A DNA stretch of 63,907 bases, the filler included. It is 9 parts of 9 records of this genome, joined end to end, with 100 filler letters (N's around TTAATTAATTAA, not from the genome) between each part and the next. Parts side by side here need not be neighbours in the genome. Positions count along the whole stretch, not along the records: positions 17,928 to 26,132 come from SRR31147125_70209; positions 26,233 to 35,700 come from SRR31147125_70233; 7 more parts are not named here. One strand, 5' to 3'. This document shows, piece by piece, positions 20,901 through 31,562 of the stretch. The translations under genes were made by a program, and so were the position numbers. Positions within the stretch are counted from its first letter, which is position 1, and every line of letters starts with the position of its first letter. The notes below the pieces were generated by a model. That model did no database searches. It was not told where the DNA came from and worked only from the letters and a program-made list of their open reading frames with translations.

Positions 20901-23900
20901 TCCATGAGGAGGAAGAAGGAACCTCCGCAGCCACTTTCTACTCCCAGAATCACGCCAACGTTACACATCTCATTCCATGGCGCGGACCCATGACAGGCGG
21001 TACGATCGTTTCCATCTTCGGATCAAACTTCAGTGAACGTTCCCACGACTTGTCCCTCCTACGTTGCCGATTTGGCAATGGCTTGGACGTTCCTGCAACA
21101 TTCATAACAACACACAACATTCTTTGCACCACACCTGTGCACGAACCTGGTTTCGTCTCGGTTCGTGTCGCCAACAACGGTCTGGACTTCACTTCTGACG
21201 CTGTCCAGTTTGAATTCTTGGATACGCACAGGACAGGCGGAGGGCTTGTTCTGGATCCGTTTACGGGACCCCAAACGGGGCACACACAAATCACACTGAA
21301 TGGAGCAGGGAGTTTCGTTGAAGGCAATGTGGCGTGTCGATTTGGGTCGGTTTCTCCTCCCTCGCCCGCTACATATGTCAGCGCTGATGAAATTCGGTGT
21401 GAGACACCCGAACACCCCATTGGAACAGTGTCTGTTCTTCCTACAAGCAGCTACATGGGACAAGAATTCAATCCGAGCGATTACGACTGCCGCCATGGAC
21501 TCACGTTTACGTTTGAGCCGCCGGTAGCCCTTTTCGAACTCTATCCCATTACAGGACCGGAAATTGGTGGTGCCATGATGTCTTTGCAGGTGAAACTCAG
21601 CACTCTCTCTGCAATTGTATTGGTGGATACTACAGTGATTCGCCCCCAATTTGTTACATCCCAGGAGATTCATGTGTCGACCCCGGCGCACCTCCCAGGG
21701 AACGTGCCGCTAAGAATATCTAGTAATGGACAACAGTTTACCGAGACACCGGGGGGATATTGAGTATCAGACGACGGCCAACGTGTCCTCGATATTTCCA
21801 ACCCAAGGCCCTTATCGAGGAGAAACGCTTCTGACTGTGACAGGGAGAAACTTTGCACATCGTTCCTCGGAACTACACTATCTCTTTTGCCGCTTCTGTA
21901 CTGTACCCGTTCCAGCAGAATGGATGGGGAATGACCGAGTCGTGTGTCGGACACCAACCGGAATGTCCATTGCCAGTTTCGTTACCGTGGATGTCACCAA
22001 CAACGTCGTGTCAAATACAACAGACGGAATTCAATTTGAATATCAACAAGCACCTCATATTCACTACATCTTTCCCGGTGTGGGAGTCCCGGCTGGTGGT
22101 ACCGTCATAACTGTAACGGGCGAACATTTCGTTGACAGCCCGTTCCTCCACTGTCGTTTTGGGGGCAACAAACGCCTGTTCCCGCAGATTATGTGTCCCC
22201 CAATGAAGTTCGTTGTGTGACATCGGGTGGACTCGCGGGAACGTGGGCTGCGGTTGAGGTATCCAATAGCGAACAAGGGCAACAGAGCGGGGAGGACTAC
22301 ACAACGGAGGGAATTTTGCTTTCGTATGTTGAGGATCTTGTCGTGCAAGACGTGAGACCGCTCCTCGTGGGTACCTTGGGAGGGAGTGTCCTATCTGTTG
22401 TGGGAAATGGATTCCTGAATAGTAACAGTCTCGTATGCCGTATTGGCACCACAGTCCTTGAGGCTACCTTTGTCACACCAACCTTGATTCAGTGTACAAC
22501 TCCGGCACTACCTCTGGGCACCTATCCACTAGAGGTATCGAATGACAATCGGAACTTTGTCTCACGAACACGGGGGCCCACACGCTTCTTTGCCCTGTCT
22601 GTCTTGGAAACGGTCCATGTGACCTCTGTGTTCCCGTCCATGGGTTTCAAGCTTGGTGGCACCTTAGTTACAGTACACGGATCGGGCTTTTTCAAGCAAG
22701 ATTCTCTTTCCTGTCGGTTTCGGAACATTGTAACCGAGGTCACAGAATTCCTTGACTCGAATACGATCGTGTGTAGGGTTCCTCCCTCGGATACGTGCGG
22801 GTTCGTGACGGTGGAAGTCGGAAACAATGGAATCGATTTCAGTACGGATGGTGTACAGTTTGAATACCAAAGCGTGCCTGCATTGGAGGATATTACTCCA
22901 TTCTATGGAGCAGAGGGTGCAATGCTAACACTCTACGGGAGAAACTTTGTGAACACGCCCACTCTTCATTGTTTGGTTGGAAACACAATCGTACCGGCTC
23001 ATTTTGTCAGTCCGACCGTGCTCCTGTGCAAGGCACCCTTCCACCCACTGGGGAGTGAAGTGTCTGTTGAAATCACCACGTGCCATATGGGTCAGGAATA
23101 CAATCGACACGACTTCACCGATAGTCAAAAAACATTCCTCTACGTTTCCTTGGCAGCTGTGGAAGAATTGAGTACAAATGCCGGACCTTTGCACGGAGGA
23201 ACATATCTTACGGTCAAAGGGACTGGATTCCAGGCATTTGAATGTCTCTCGTGTGTGTTTTCCGATGACAGGGGTGCCATCGTGCGTACAGCAGCCACAC
23301 GCAAGGCGGAGAACTTGGTTACGTGTGTAACCCCATCTCACATTCCGGGTCAATGGGTCCGTGTTGCTGTGAGCAACAATGGAATGATGGACATGCGATC
23401 AGAAGCCACGGCAGAATTCTACTACCAGTATGACATTAGAGTGGATTCCGTGAGTCCTACCGAATCCTCTGTCGGAGGTGGTGCCTACATTGTGATTTTG
23501 GGAGAAGGGTTTGTTGAACCACCCGGCACGCAGGGGGCCATCCAATGTCGATTTGGCGAAACCTACGTCCCGACTATGGTGAATGTCTTGTCCTCATCCT
23601 CTCGAATCGTGTGCCCGTCTCCACCGCACGGCCCCACAGCCGAGCCGCAGGAACCCCATGGTCAAATGGGTGTCTTGTTGGACATCACCATCAATGGGCA
23701 GGACTTCTACACAAATCTCCCGCTTGTCAACGCCACAGACGATCTTGCCCATGTACGATCTGTCGAGGACTTGCATGCCTTGTTTACAATTCGTTATCTA
23801 ATGATGACGGGCGAGACGATATGGCCTATTCGAGGACCTTTGCGGGGGAATACCAATCTGATTGTGACAGGAACGAACTTTCCCAATTCAGGAAACCTCT

Positions 23901-26132
23901 TTTGTCGTTTTGAAGGCGGCTTCATGGGATCCCCCAAGAGAACCCAAGGAACCTTCATTTCTTCTGGTACGTTTGAATGTCCTACACCCGAGGTGGACGC
24001 ACTGGGCCCTGCACAAATCTATGTCGTCTTTGGAGACTACTTTGCTGTGCTTGTCGAAGACTCAGATGGACCCAAACTGTTTCAGTTCGAAGAAATGGTG
24101 GAAGCCTATTCCATCTTTCCAACTTCCGGAGTGGATCATGGCCCGACACCCGTATTCTTGCAGGGCAAGTACTTTCGTGATGTTTCTACGCTGAGCTGCC
24201 GTTTTGGTGTGGAAATCACCGATGCTCTCTACATCAACGAAAATGTTATCATGTGTATCAGTCCATCGCATTCCCAGGGACGTGTTACAGTGGGGGCATC
24301 TACCAATGGACAAGACTTCACGGAACGTACGCTCGAATACGAGTACATTATCTGTCCCTACGGAAAGTATTGTCCCGACGAGCAAATTCTGGACTGTCCA
24401 GCAGGTACATATTGTCCCGAAGAAGGACTTCTCAACTACACACGATGTCCTGCCGGAACGTTCCAGCCCCAATCCGGTCAAGTGCGCTGTATTAACTGTC
24501 CACTCGGTCATCACTGTCCCGAAGAAGGAATGACGGATCCAGAGACATGCCCTGTTGGACGTGTGTGCGATACAACGGGGATATCGGTCGCCAAGATCCT
24601 CTGTCCCGCTGGAAGTTATTGTTTGGGTGGCATTGCAACATCCATCCCCACTCTGGACACATCCAGCACGCTTCAACCGATTTTGTGTCCCAGTTCAACG
24701 TGGTGTACTGCAGGGGTGTGGGATAACACAACGATTCTCAACGATTTTCGGACTCCACAGCCGTGTCAAGAAGGATTCCGTTGTTTCCGTGGTGAGACAG
24801 GCCCCGAAGGTTCTGAGGCGTGCCATGAAGGACACTACTGCCCTGAGGGCTATGAAATGTTACCATGTCCGCTTGGGAACCACTGCAACGGAACAGGAAA
24901 TGCTTTCCCCTTGCCGTGCCGACCGGGTGAGTATGCTCCCGTCGAAGGCCTGAGTACATGCTTGGCCTGCCCTATCGGATCGATTTGTCCTGATCTTGGA
25001 ATGGATACGGCAATTCCCTGTCAAAAGGGTGGTATTTGTGATGAAGAGGGTCTTCAAGTCTCCTACAAACTGTGTGTAGCGGGGCACTACTGCCACGAGG
25101 GAACCAACACCACGGATCCGTTTGCAGGCCACGAAAATGTACCTCTTCCATGCACACGAGGTTCCTACTGCCTTGCGGGTGTGGCTTCCAACCATGTCGT
25201 GGGAACAGAGACCCTGCCGCAAGATGAATTCCTCGAGATCCTTCTTCAACAAAAGGGCAACTTTGAGTTTCCTCAACCGTGTGCTCCCGGCTACTTTTGC
25301 GGAGATCGATCCGAACAGGCGACGGGCTATCCTCTTGGAGGGCCTTGTCCCCCAGGACACTACTGTCCGGAAGGAAGTCGAAAACCCATTCCGACGGATA
25401 AGGGATTCTTTGCCGCAGGAACGCAGAACATTGATCAAACAAATTGTCTACCGGGATCTTTCGCCAGTAACATGGGACAGGAGGAGTGCACGCCGTGTCT
25501 CATTGGACACGAATGCCCCCGTACTGGCATGACTGAGCCGGATCTGTGTCCCAAAGTACGTGCGTAACTTGTCTCTTGATGGGATTCTGACTCCATCTCG
25601 CCCTTGGTTCGATAGGGAACATACCGAAATTCCAACGAGAGTATTCAGTGCGAATTGTGCTCCATTGGGACATGGTCCGGTGTGAGAGGATTGGCCTATG
25701 CAGAGGAGTGTGCCCTGTGCCCCGAGGGGAAGTTTTGTGGTATTTTGGGGATGACCAATCCAGAGCTCCAGGCTGATCCCTGCCCCGCTGGATTCTATTG
25801 TCCGCCTGGGACCACACCAACCGATATTGGAAATGTTGTGTATCCATGTCCTCCCGGGTACATTTGCGATCTGGGAACCACAAACAGTACCAAATTCCTT
25901 GTACCATGCATTTCTGGTTATTTCTGTCCAGCAGGCACGAAGCCGGCCACAGTGGAACAGTTTCAATGTCGTCGGGGATTCTATTGTCCAGAGGGCACGC
26001 GGGACGGATTCTCCAAAGATGACGAGGAGAAGACAGGGTGTCCTGATCCCGGAAATCCTCCCTATTATGAAAGTTCGGCACGCGAGTACCGCTTGTCCTG
26101 TAATTGCCCCAAGATGTGCCCCGAGGGAACAA
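17928..26132 (+). CDS. Giant eukaryotic cell-surface-type protein fragment: tandem IPT/TIG domains followed by Cys-rich GCC2/GCC3 (ephrin-receptor-like) repeats
   Basis: Frame open from contig start. Repeated P..GP..GGT.VTV.G.NF...CRFG...C.SP...V.VEVS.NG units, then CP.G.YCP.G units from about 24350. G-run frameshifts near 19330, 21752 and 22162, plus one intron. Confidence 0.85.
25556..25615 (+). other. Spliceosomal GT-AG intron (60 bp)
   Basis: GTACGT donor, CTGAC branch-like motif, TAG acceptor. It contains an in-frame stop, and removal restores ...CPK|GTYRNSNESIQCELC. Confidence 0.85.
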
Positions 26133-26232
26133 NNNNNNNNNNNNNNNNNNNNNNNNNNNNNNNNNNNNNNNNNNNNTTAATTAATTAANNNNNNNNNNNN
26201 NNNNNNNNNNNNNNNNNNNNNNNNNNNNNNNN

Positions 26233-26443
26233 GCTGCCAGGAACCCGCCCATTCTGTATTTAATGACACCTTGAGTTTCCATTTATCGTTTACCTCCTCT
26301 CTTAGATTGGAAATCACGGTAGGTGTTGTACCACCCACGGTATTCTTTAGGCATCCAGAGGCGTTTGCTTTTTTCGGCATAGCTAAAAAAGCAACGGCTG
26401 CCGCAAATGCCACCCAAACAGCTGCGAACAAAATCAATCTCAT
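26233..26443 (-). CDS. Secreted or membrane phage protein (3'-truncated)
   Basis: MRLILFAAVWVAFAAAVAFLAMP signal/TM segment. ATG overlaps the upstream stop. Confidence 0.5.
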
Positions 26444-26814
26444 GCCGTCAACCCCATTTCGGAAGGGGAGTTTTTGCCGCGCCAGAAATACGGTCCGCCC
26501 AGCTCGGCCACGGCCCGATAGTACGCTCGCGCGCGCCTGATGCGCAGTCGCTTCAGCCATGACCAACGGGTGCGGGCCTCGATAATTCGGAGGATATTGT
26601 TCAAAAACACCCGGTCGGTGCTTTCCTTGTCCGCTATGGTCTCACCGAACACATACATAAAATCGTGGATGTCGCAGGCCGGCGTAATGCTCAGGCTCCA
26701 AACCGTATCCGGAACCAGAACGGATAAGATTCCATCAGGTCCGCATCCGTTGCACGTTTCTGCCTTTTGAGCCTTCGTCATTGCCCAGTATCCTGGCGGT
26801 GCGAAAAGATTCAT
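26440..26814 (-). CDS. Phospholipase A2-like phage protein (124 aa)
   Basis: CNGCG, ACDIHDFMY, D..F..N and YY.AV...G motifs. Confidence 0.55.
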   Translation of the reverse strand: MNLFAPPGYWAMTKAQKAETCNGCGPDGILSVLVPDTVWSLSITPACDIHDFMYVFGETIADKESTDRVFLNNILRIIEARTRWSWLKRLRIRRARAYYRAVAELGGPYFWRGKNSPSEMGLTA

Positions 26815-26830
26815 GGGTTTTCGGTCCTGT

Positions 26831-27238
26831 CTAAAATTGCTCGTAAATAGTGAGATGTGCGGTTTTGTGTCCAACCATAAGGGCCATGAACAGTCGGAAA
26901 GTGCTTCCGGAATTGAGGATGGCTCTATCACCCTGCAGTTTTCCATAATGTTGCGCCAGCAGGATGCAGCCGGAGGTATCTGCAATCACATTTCCGGGAT
27001 GAAAAAGCACCTGGTCGCGACCGGGGACGTCACAGACCTGATAAGTTTCGCCGTATTTCGTCGAGATCCGGCGCTTCATCATGTATTGCTGGAGGGGGAT
27101 GGAAGATATATTGCGACGGTTTTCCATGTCGGCCGGCTCCAAAGTCACGCAAAACACGGCCTTGTTGATCCGCAGGACGCCGAACGTGCCGTATTCGCAA
27201 TTTGCTTCCAGCCTTATGAGTTCGATGATCGGATTCAT
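26831..27238 (-). CDS. DUF5675-like protein, putative phage cell-wall enzyme
   Basis: GTFGVL, CVTLEP and VPGRDQVLFHPGN...DTSGCILL (H and C residues). Confidence 0.75.
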   Translation of the reverse strand: MNPIIELIRLEANCEYGTFGVLRINKAVFCVTLEPADMENRRNISSIPLQQYMMKRRISTKYGETYQVCDVPGRDQVLFHPGNVIADTSGCILLAQHYGKLQGDRAILNSGSTFRLFMALMVGHKTAHLTIYEQF

Positions 27239-27454
27239 TCCAGTCCCTTAAGTGGATAGAAGCAGGCCAGCGCGTTGCCGACCTACTTCGTCATGGGAGA
27301 AACCAACGCACCCCCTATGCACTGGCTGATGGAATAGATCTATATGCGAACCTGAGAAATATCAAAAAAAGTAGTTTGAAAAGTGGTTTGTTGTAGCGGA
27401 TGGGGGGATGGCGATAACGGGTGGCGGGGTGGGCACGGCCACCCAATTAATGCG

Positions 27455-27781
27455 TTAAAACAATGACTGCTGCTTGTCAATAATATCGATACCGGTCTTC
27501 TTCGTTTTCTCGCCGCCGATGAGAGTGCGTATCCATACCATTGTAAATCCATATTTACGCTTTAAGTCGCGGCAACTCATTCCATTTTTGTAATCCTCGA
27601 TGATCGACCGGTTCCTCGCCGCCCTGCAAATCTTATGGGCGGGGGGGATATAAATCCCTTCCCCGCCACGCACCTCAACAAGCTTCAGGGCAAGCTCCAA
27701 GCCGATCTCCTCGGCAAGTTCCTGGAACGCTGGCGGAAGGTCTGCTATTTTGATGTCGTATTCGTTAATCATTTGGTTCAC
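27455..27781 (-). CDS. mor: Mor/C-family transcription activator
   Basis: GGEGIYIP...RNRSIIEDY..G.S.RDL.RKYG. Located at the end of the early/middle region. Confidence 0.85.
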   Translation of the reverse strand: MNQMINEYDIKIADLPPAFQELAEEIGLELALKLVEVRGGEGIYIPPAHKICRAARNRSIIEDYKNGMSCRDLKRKYGFTMVWIRTLIGGEKTKKTGIDIIDKQQSLF

Positions 27782-27817
27782 GCGTCAAAAACATTTAAAT
27801 ATTTGGTCATACCCGAG

Positions 27818-27982
27818 TTACCGGACCTGTTTAAGCCCAAGTTTTTCACGTTGGTATTCAATCTCTGCCGGTGTTTTGTATTTCCAGAACCATGTGTCAA
27901 AACCCTTCAGAAATAGGAAAGCTTCGATCAAGAGATAGACGGTCATAAACATCCAAAAAGCGCCCCATCCTGTTATTTTCAT
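27818..27982 (-). CDS. Small membrane protein (54 aa), missing from the ORF track
   Basis: MKITGWGAFWMFMTVYLLIEAFLFLKG... with GGAG RBS. Confidence 0.55.
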   Translation of the reverse strand: MKITGWGAFWMFMTVYLLIEAFLFLKGFDTWFWKYKTPAEIEYQREKLGLKQVR

Positions 27983-28008
27983 TTTTGCTCCAAAGGCTTT
28001 CGTGGTAG

Positions 28009-28464
28009 TTAAGACGGTTGCCGGTCATGACTTTGGACGGCAGCAACGGCAAGTGCCGCTACCTGGATCATGCGCCGACGATATTTTTCAGAGCTATCCA
28101 TAACGGCCATCATTTTGGCCCAGGTGGCATAAGCCACGACCCATTCGCACCAATCAAGAGGCAGGTGTTTATCATCATGGTCTGGCCCACCCCATTTTTT
28201 GTCCTGGCGTTTGCGCTCATTTACAACATTGAGGATAACAGCACCCATCGCCCCCTGATCACTGTCAGGCGTCCACCCGTGCAAAACGCAGCCTGACGCC
28301 TGGACGTTGCAGTCATATGTCAGTTCAACATCATCCGACCATAGGGGGTCGCTCAGAGTGTCATCGATTTGGATTGAGACAATAATTTCGGCTGGATCTT
28401 CTCCAAAATCCTTGGCATTTTCTATGGCGTTATCCACAAAGGTTTTTAATTCCGATAGATTCAT
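28009..28464 (-). CDS. Phage protein with C-terminal MazG-like (all-alpha NTP pyrophosphatase-like) domain
   Basis: ERKRQDKKWG...H...W...IQVAALAVA. Confidence 0.5.
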   Translation of the reverse strand: MNLSELKTFVDNAIENAKDFGEDPAEIIVSIQIDDTLSDPLWSDDVELTYDCNVQASGCVLHGWTPDSDQGAMGAVILNVVNERKRQDKKWGGPDHDDKHLPLDWCEWVVAYATWAKMMAVMDSSEKYRRRMIQVAALAVAAVQSHDRQPS

Positions 28465-28502
28465 TGTTTTCCTTTCAGGTAGTTACCGAATCTGATTGTA
28501 TA

Positions 28503-28880
28503 TCAGATGGCCTGATTTTTCTTTCTTGCCGTTTCAAGCGCCATTGCGTGGCTGCTATATTGCGAGGCCATGTTTTGGTAATGCTCTTGGAGTCCACGCA
28601 AAGCACGCGCAAGTGTCCCGTCTTCTTTGGTTGCCAACCATGGTGCTTTTAGTCCAAAACCTGAACTTTTCACTTCATATCTAATCGTTGGCCTTTGGAA
28701 ACTGATTACATTCCTGCGAATCACGCTTAGAGTTGAAAGCCTGTTGAACCCGGCCGTTTTTATGCCAGTTGCTTCGATGTATTTTTCGGGCTCATCCGTT
28801 CTGTGAACGGTCCACTTATAGCCCGGCATGATTTTGAGAAGCTCTTTCCTGAATGTAGCCGAATTAAAGCCCTTTTTCAT
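28503..28880 (-). CDS. Hypothetical phage protein
   Basis: Likely start MKKGFNSATF, overlapping the upstream gene. Confidence 0.55.
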   Translation of the reverse strand: MKKGFNSATFRKELLKIMPGYKWTVHRTDEPEKYIEATGIKTAGFNRLSTLSVIRRNVISFQRPTIRYEVKSSGFGLKAPWLATKEDGTLARALRGLQEHYQNMASQYSSHAMALETARKKNQAI

Positions 28881-29193
28881 CCTGCATTCTCCGATTCCAT
28901 TCGTCATTGATTGCTGTAAATTCTGCGTCCCATTCGTCGCCGTGGCCCTTATTTGGACCAACCGCAACATGTGATAACTCATGGGCAATAATTTCAATTG
29001 CACCGGACACAGGTACACCGACATCGATGCTGATTATCGGATCGCTACCATCCTCTGGGAATAATGTTTCGCCCCATGCACCACATTCATCGCGCATACC
29101 CTCACACCACAGAATGGTTGCGTTTTTTCCCGGATGACGCTCGTTAAAAATCTCAATCACGGTTTCAAATAGTTTTTGACCAAATTTCACCAT
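28864..29193 (-). CDS. Small HExxH zincin/SprT-like protein
   Basis: IIAHELSH...GH..EW motif. Confidence 0.6.
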   Translation of the reverse strand: MVKFGQKLFETVIEIFNERHPGKNATILWCEGMRDECGAWGETLFPEDGSDPIISIDVGVPVSGAIEIIAHELSHVAVGPNKGHGDEWDAEFTAINDEWNRRMQDEKGL

Positions 29194-29245
29194 TGTTCGT
29201 TACTCCCCATGACTTAATCACCCGAACAAAGGTGATTCTGTCCAT

Positions 29246-29425
29246 TCAAATACTCTTGTTATTGTCTACTATCCGAATTTCGCATTTGCATCGCGTGCAT
29301 CGGATCTTAGCGATCATGACAATCGGGTCATCACCCTGCTCGGCAAAAATTTTCCAACTATTATTGTCGCAGGCAGTGCAATGGATCGGCCATTCAGACC
29401 GTATTTCGACAACGTTCTTTTTCAT
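29246..29425 (-). CDS. Small zinc-ribbon protein (59 aa), missing from the ORF track
   Basis: MKKNVVEIRSEWPIHCTAC...RCTRC. ATGA overlap with the recombinase stop. Confidence 0.6.
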   Translation of the reverse strand: MKKNVVEIRSEWPIHCTACDNNSWKIFAEQGDDPIVMIAKIRCTRCKCEIRIVDNNKSI

Positions 29426-30282
29426 GTATAACTCGGCGCAAAAACATTATATTCGGACACCAGACGTTTATCGCTACTTCGGATATAAATCATCGTCGTC
29501 TCAATGAATGCGTGCCCAAGCTGACGCTGAATCGTAATCGGGTTGGCGCCCCTATTGATCATGTTGGTGGCCAGGCTGTGCCTGAAGAGATGAGGATAAA
29601 CCCGCTTACGAATGTCGGTACGGTTTGCAACCGTGCGGACCAACTGCCGCAAGGAACAGGTCGTATATTTGGTGTTTTTCCGGCTGGAAGTAAAAAGAAA
29701 ACCATCCTGTTCTCTCGGATAAACCGAAAGGTACCGCAGCAACACGTTCGTGCATTCGCCGGCGATGGGGATATTCCTGTCCTTGCCCCCCTTTCCAAGA
29801 TCGACATGCAGCATATTCCTGCCGAAATCGACGTCCTTGACCCGCACATTGCACAGCTCTTCGTTGCGGATGCCGGAATAGGCAAGCAGGGTCAGCATCG
29901 CTTTTTCGCGGATGTTTTTCGCCGCCGCGATGATCACCGCCACTTCGGCCTCGGTCAACGTGTCCTTCAACGTCCGTTTGGGCTTTTTAGGGTATCCCAT
30001 GTCGATCGGATCTCCCAAAAACTCCATATATCGTTTCAGCGATCTGATATTGTTGACGATATGAGCGTATGAATAGCTGGCGTCATACAGCCCGGCCACA
30101 TAATCCTCAACCTGGTCGTGGCTCGGCCGTGCCGTTCCTAAGGCTCTGAGCGCTTTCACCACGATTTTCTCATTGTTATAGATCGTGTTCCGCTTCAATC
30201 CTTTCTTGATCATCAGGTGGCGACAGAAAGACGCCACCAGGTTCTCTTGCCGTGATCCATTGTCAACCGCCAATTTCAGCAT
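29422..30282 (-). CDS. Tyrosine recombinase (XerC/D-like)
   Basis: Complete catalytic set: GIR, GKGGK, HLFRH, LGH, TMIY. Confidence 0.92.
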   Translation of the reverse strand: MLKLAVDNGSRQENLVASFCRHLMIKKGLKRNTIYNNEKIVVKALRALGTARPSHDQVEDYVAGLYDASYSYAHIVNNIRSLKRYMEFLGDPIDMGYPKKPKRTLKDTLTEAEVAVIIAAAKNIREKAMLTLLAYSGIRNEELCNVRVKDVDFGRNMLHVDLGKGGKDRNIPIAGECTNVLLRYLSVYPREQDGFLFTSSRKNTKYTTCSLRQLVRTVANRTDIRKRVYPHLFRHSLATNMINRGANPITIQRQLGHAFIETTMIYIRSSDKRLVSEYNVFAPSYT

Positions 30283-30290
30283 TTTTCCCC

Positions 30291-30830
30291 CTATGCGATT
30301 TTGTCACACCACGGGCACGACATCCCTTTAACGATATTATTTGAGGAGTTCCCGCAATGCTGGCATGTCTTATAGTAATTCGGCTGGGCATTTTTTCGGT
30401 ACGATCCATCACGTTCGGCTTGGATGCGCAGGGCTTCCTTGTTGCGGCCGATTTCCTTCGATATCCTATAGGCAACTTTTCTGAGCCAATTGTGGTTCTT
30501 CAGCGGCAAATCCAGCGATGGGTTTTGAATCGCACGGTCCATTGCGGTCGCCCACGCCAATGGATTATTGGGCAGTTTAGGGCCACGGTCCCATTCAAGG
30601 TCGTTTTTCTCGATCAACTTCTTCAATTTTTCTATATGGGTGCGCGTAGTCGACCACGCCATTGGCCGGCGCCCGGAAATTGGGCGGAATAGTGCCAGAT
30701 AGGCCAGCACCCTCCGGCTGATTTCTGTCGGCAACTCATTACAGATCTTTATTACGGCCTCAACATCGACCTCGGCGGCCCATGCGTCGGCACCGGCCTT
30801 CGTTCGGCATGCCGGGCATTTAAGCTCCAT
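30291..30830 (-). CDS. Mu-like phage early protein with Cys pairs
   Basis: MELKCPAC...YLALFRP...PLKNHNWL and a C-terminal CxxC pair. Confidence 0.65.
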   Translation of the reverse strand: MELKCPACRTKAGADAWAAEVDVEAVIKICNELPTEISRRVLAYLALFRPISGRRPMAWSTTRTHIEKLKKLIEKNDLEWDRGPKLPNNPLAWATAMDRAIQNPSLDLPLKNHNWLRKVAYRISKEIGRNKEALRIQAERDGSYRKNAQPNYYKTCQHCGNSSNNIVKGMSCPWCDKIA

Positions 30831-31053
30831 ATCTCGCCCTTTCCACCATCCGATACTCATACCGTCCCCGTCCAACGCACCGCGTCTCGATGGCAAACCC
30901 GTTGGCCCGCAGCTCGGCGATGACCGTGTTCACCGCGCAGACGTCGGCGAACAGCATGATTTCGCGCGTCCCATACCATTCACCCCCGGTCAGCAAATTG
31001 TACACCCGCCGCAACCGGTCGCTCTCCTCGATCCTCGCGTAATGGATAGCCAT
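30820..31053 (-). CDS. Small winged-HTH protein
   Basis: Own GGAGG RBS. MAIHYARIEES...AVNTVIAELRANG..I...C......YEY. Confidence 0.65.
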   Translation of the reverse strand: MAIHYARIEESDRLRRVYNLLTGGEWYGTREIMLFADVCAVNTVIAELRANGFAIETRCVGRGRYEYRMVERARYGA

Positions 31054-31064
31054 GGTTTCCTCCC

Positions 31065-31509
31065 TATCTTTCACCAGACAGATCCCACCCTCACGCCGCG
31101 CCTGATAGCGCAGGGCGGTGATGATCTTGTAGAGTTTCCCGTCCGGGACCCAGTCGATGCGTTCAACCTGACAGATCCGCTTGGCCAACGCATGCGCATA
31201 CCCCCATGGTTTTCCTCCCACGGTCAGCAGCGCCTCGATTTTCTTCAACTGCGCCAGGCGGCCGAAACCGATCGAGTTCATAACCTTCGGCCGGCCCGGG
31301 TATGTTCTCCGGCGACCGGAACGAAACCCGGCCTGGTTCAAATGCGCCAGCACCCGCCGCCGCCCGTCGGCATTCAGATCCGCGGCGCTATTCACGCCGG
31401 CAACCTGATTGAGCATTTCCCGGTAGGTGATATCGTCCATGCCCAACTGCTTCTTGGCGATGTGGATCTTGGCCAGGTCTTTCTGGCGATTGGTTTTAAC
31501 CGGTTTCAT
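31065..31509 (-). CDS. gemA: GemA/gp16 (DUF1018) family protein
   Basis: LAKIHIAKKQLGMDD..YR and SAADL motifs. Restoring one G near 31088 ends the gene as EGWDLSGER*. Confidence 0.8.
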
Positions 31510-31562
31510 ATCCATTCCTTGGTCGTTTCTCGCGTTTCCCGCCATTCCCGCGCTCACCTCAC

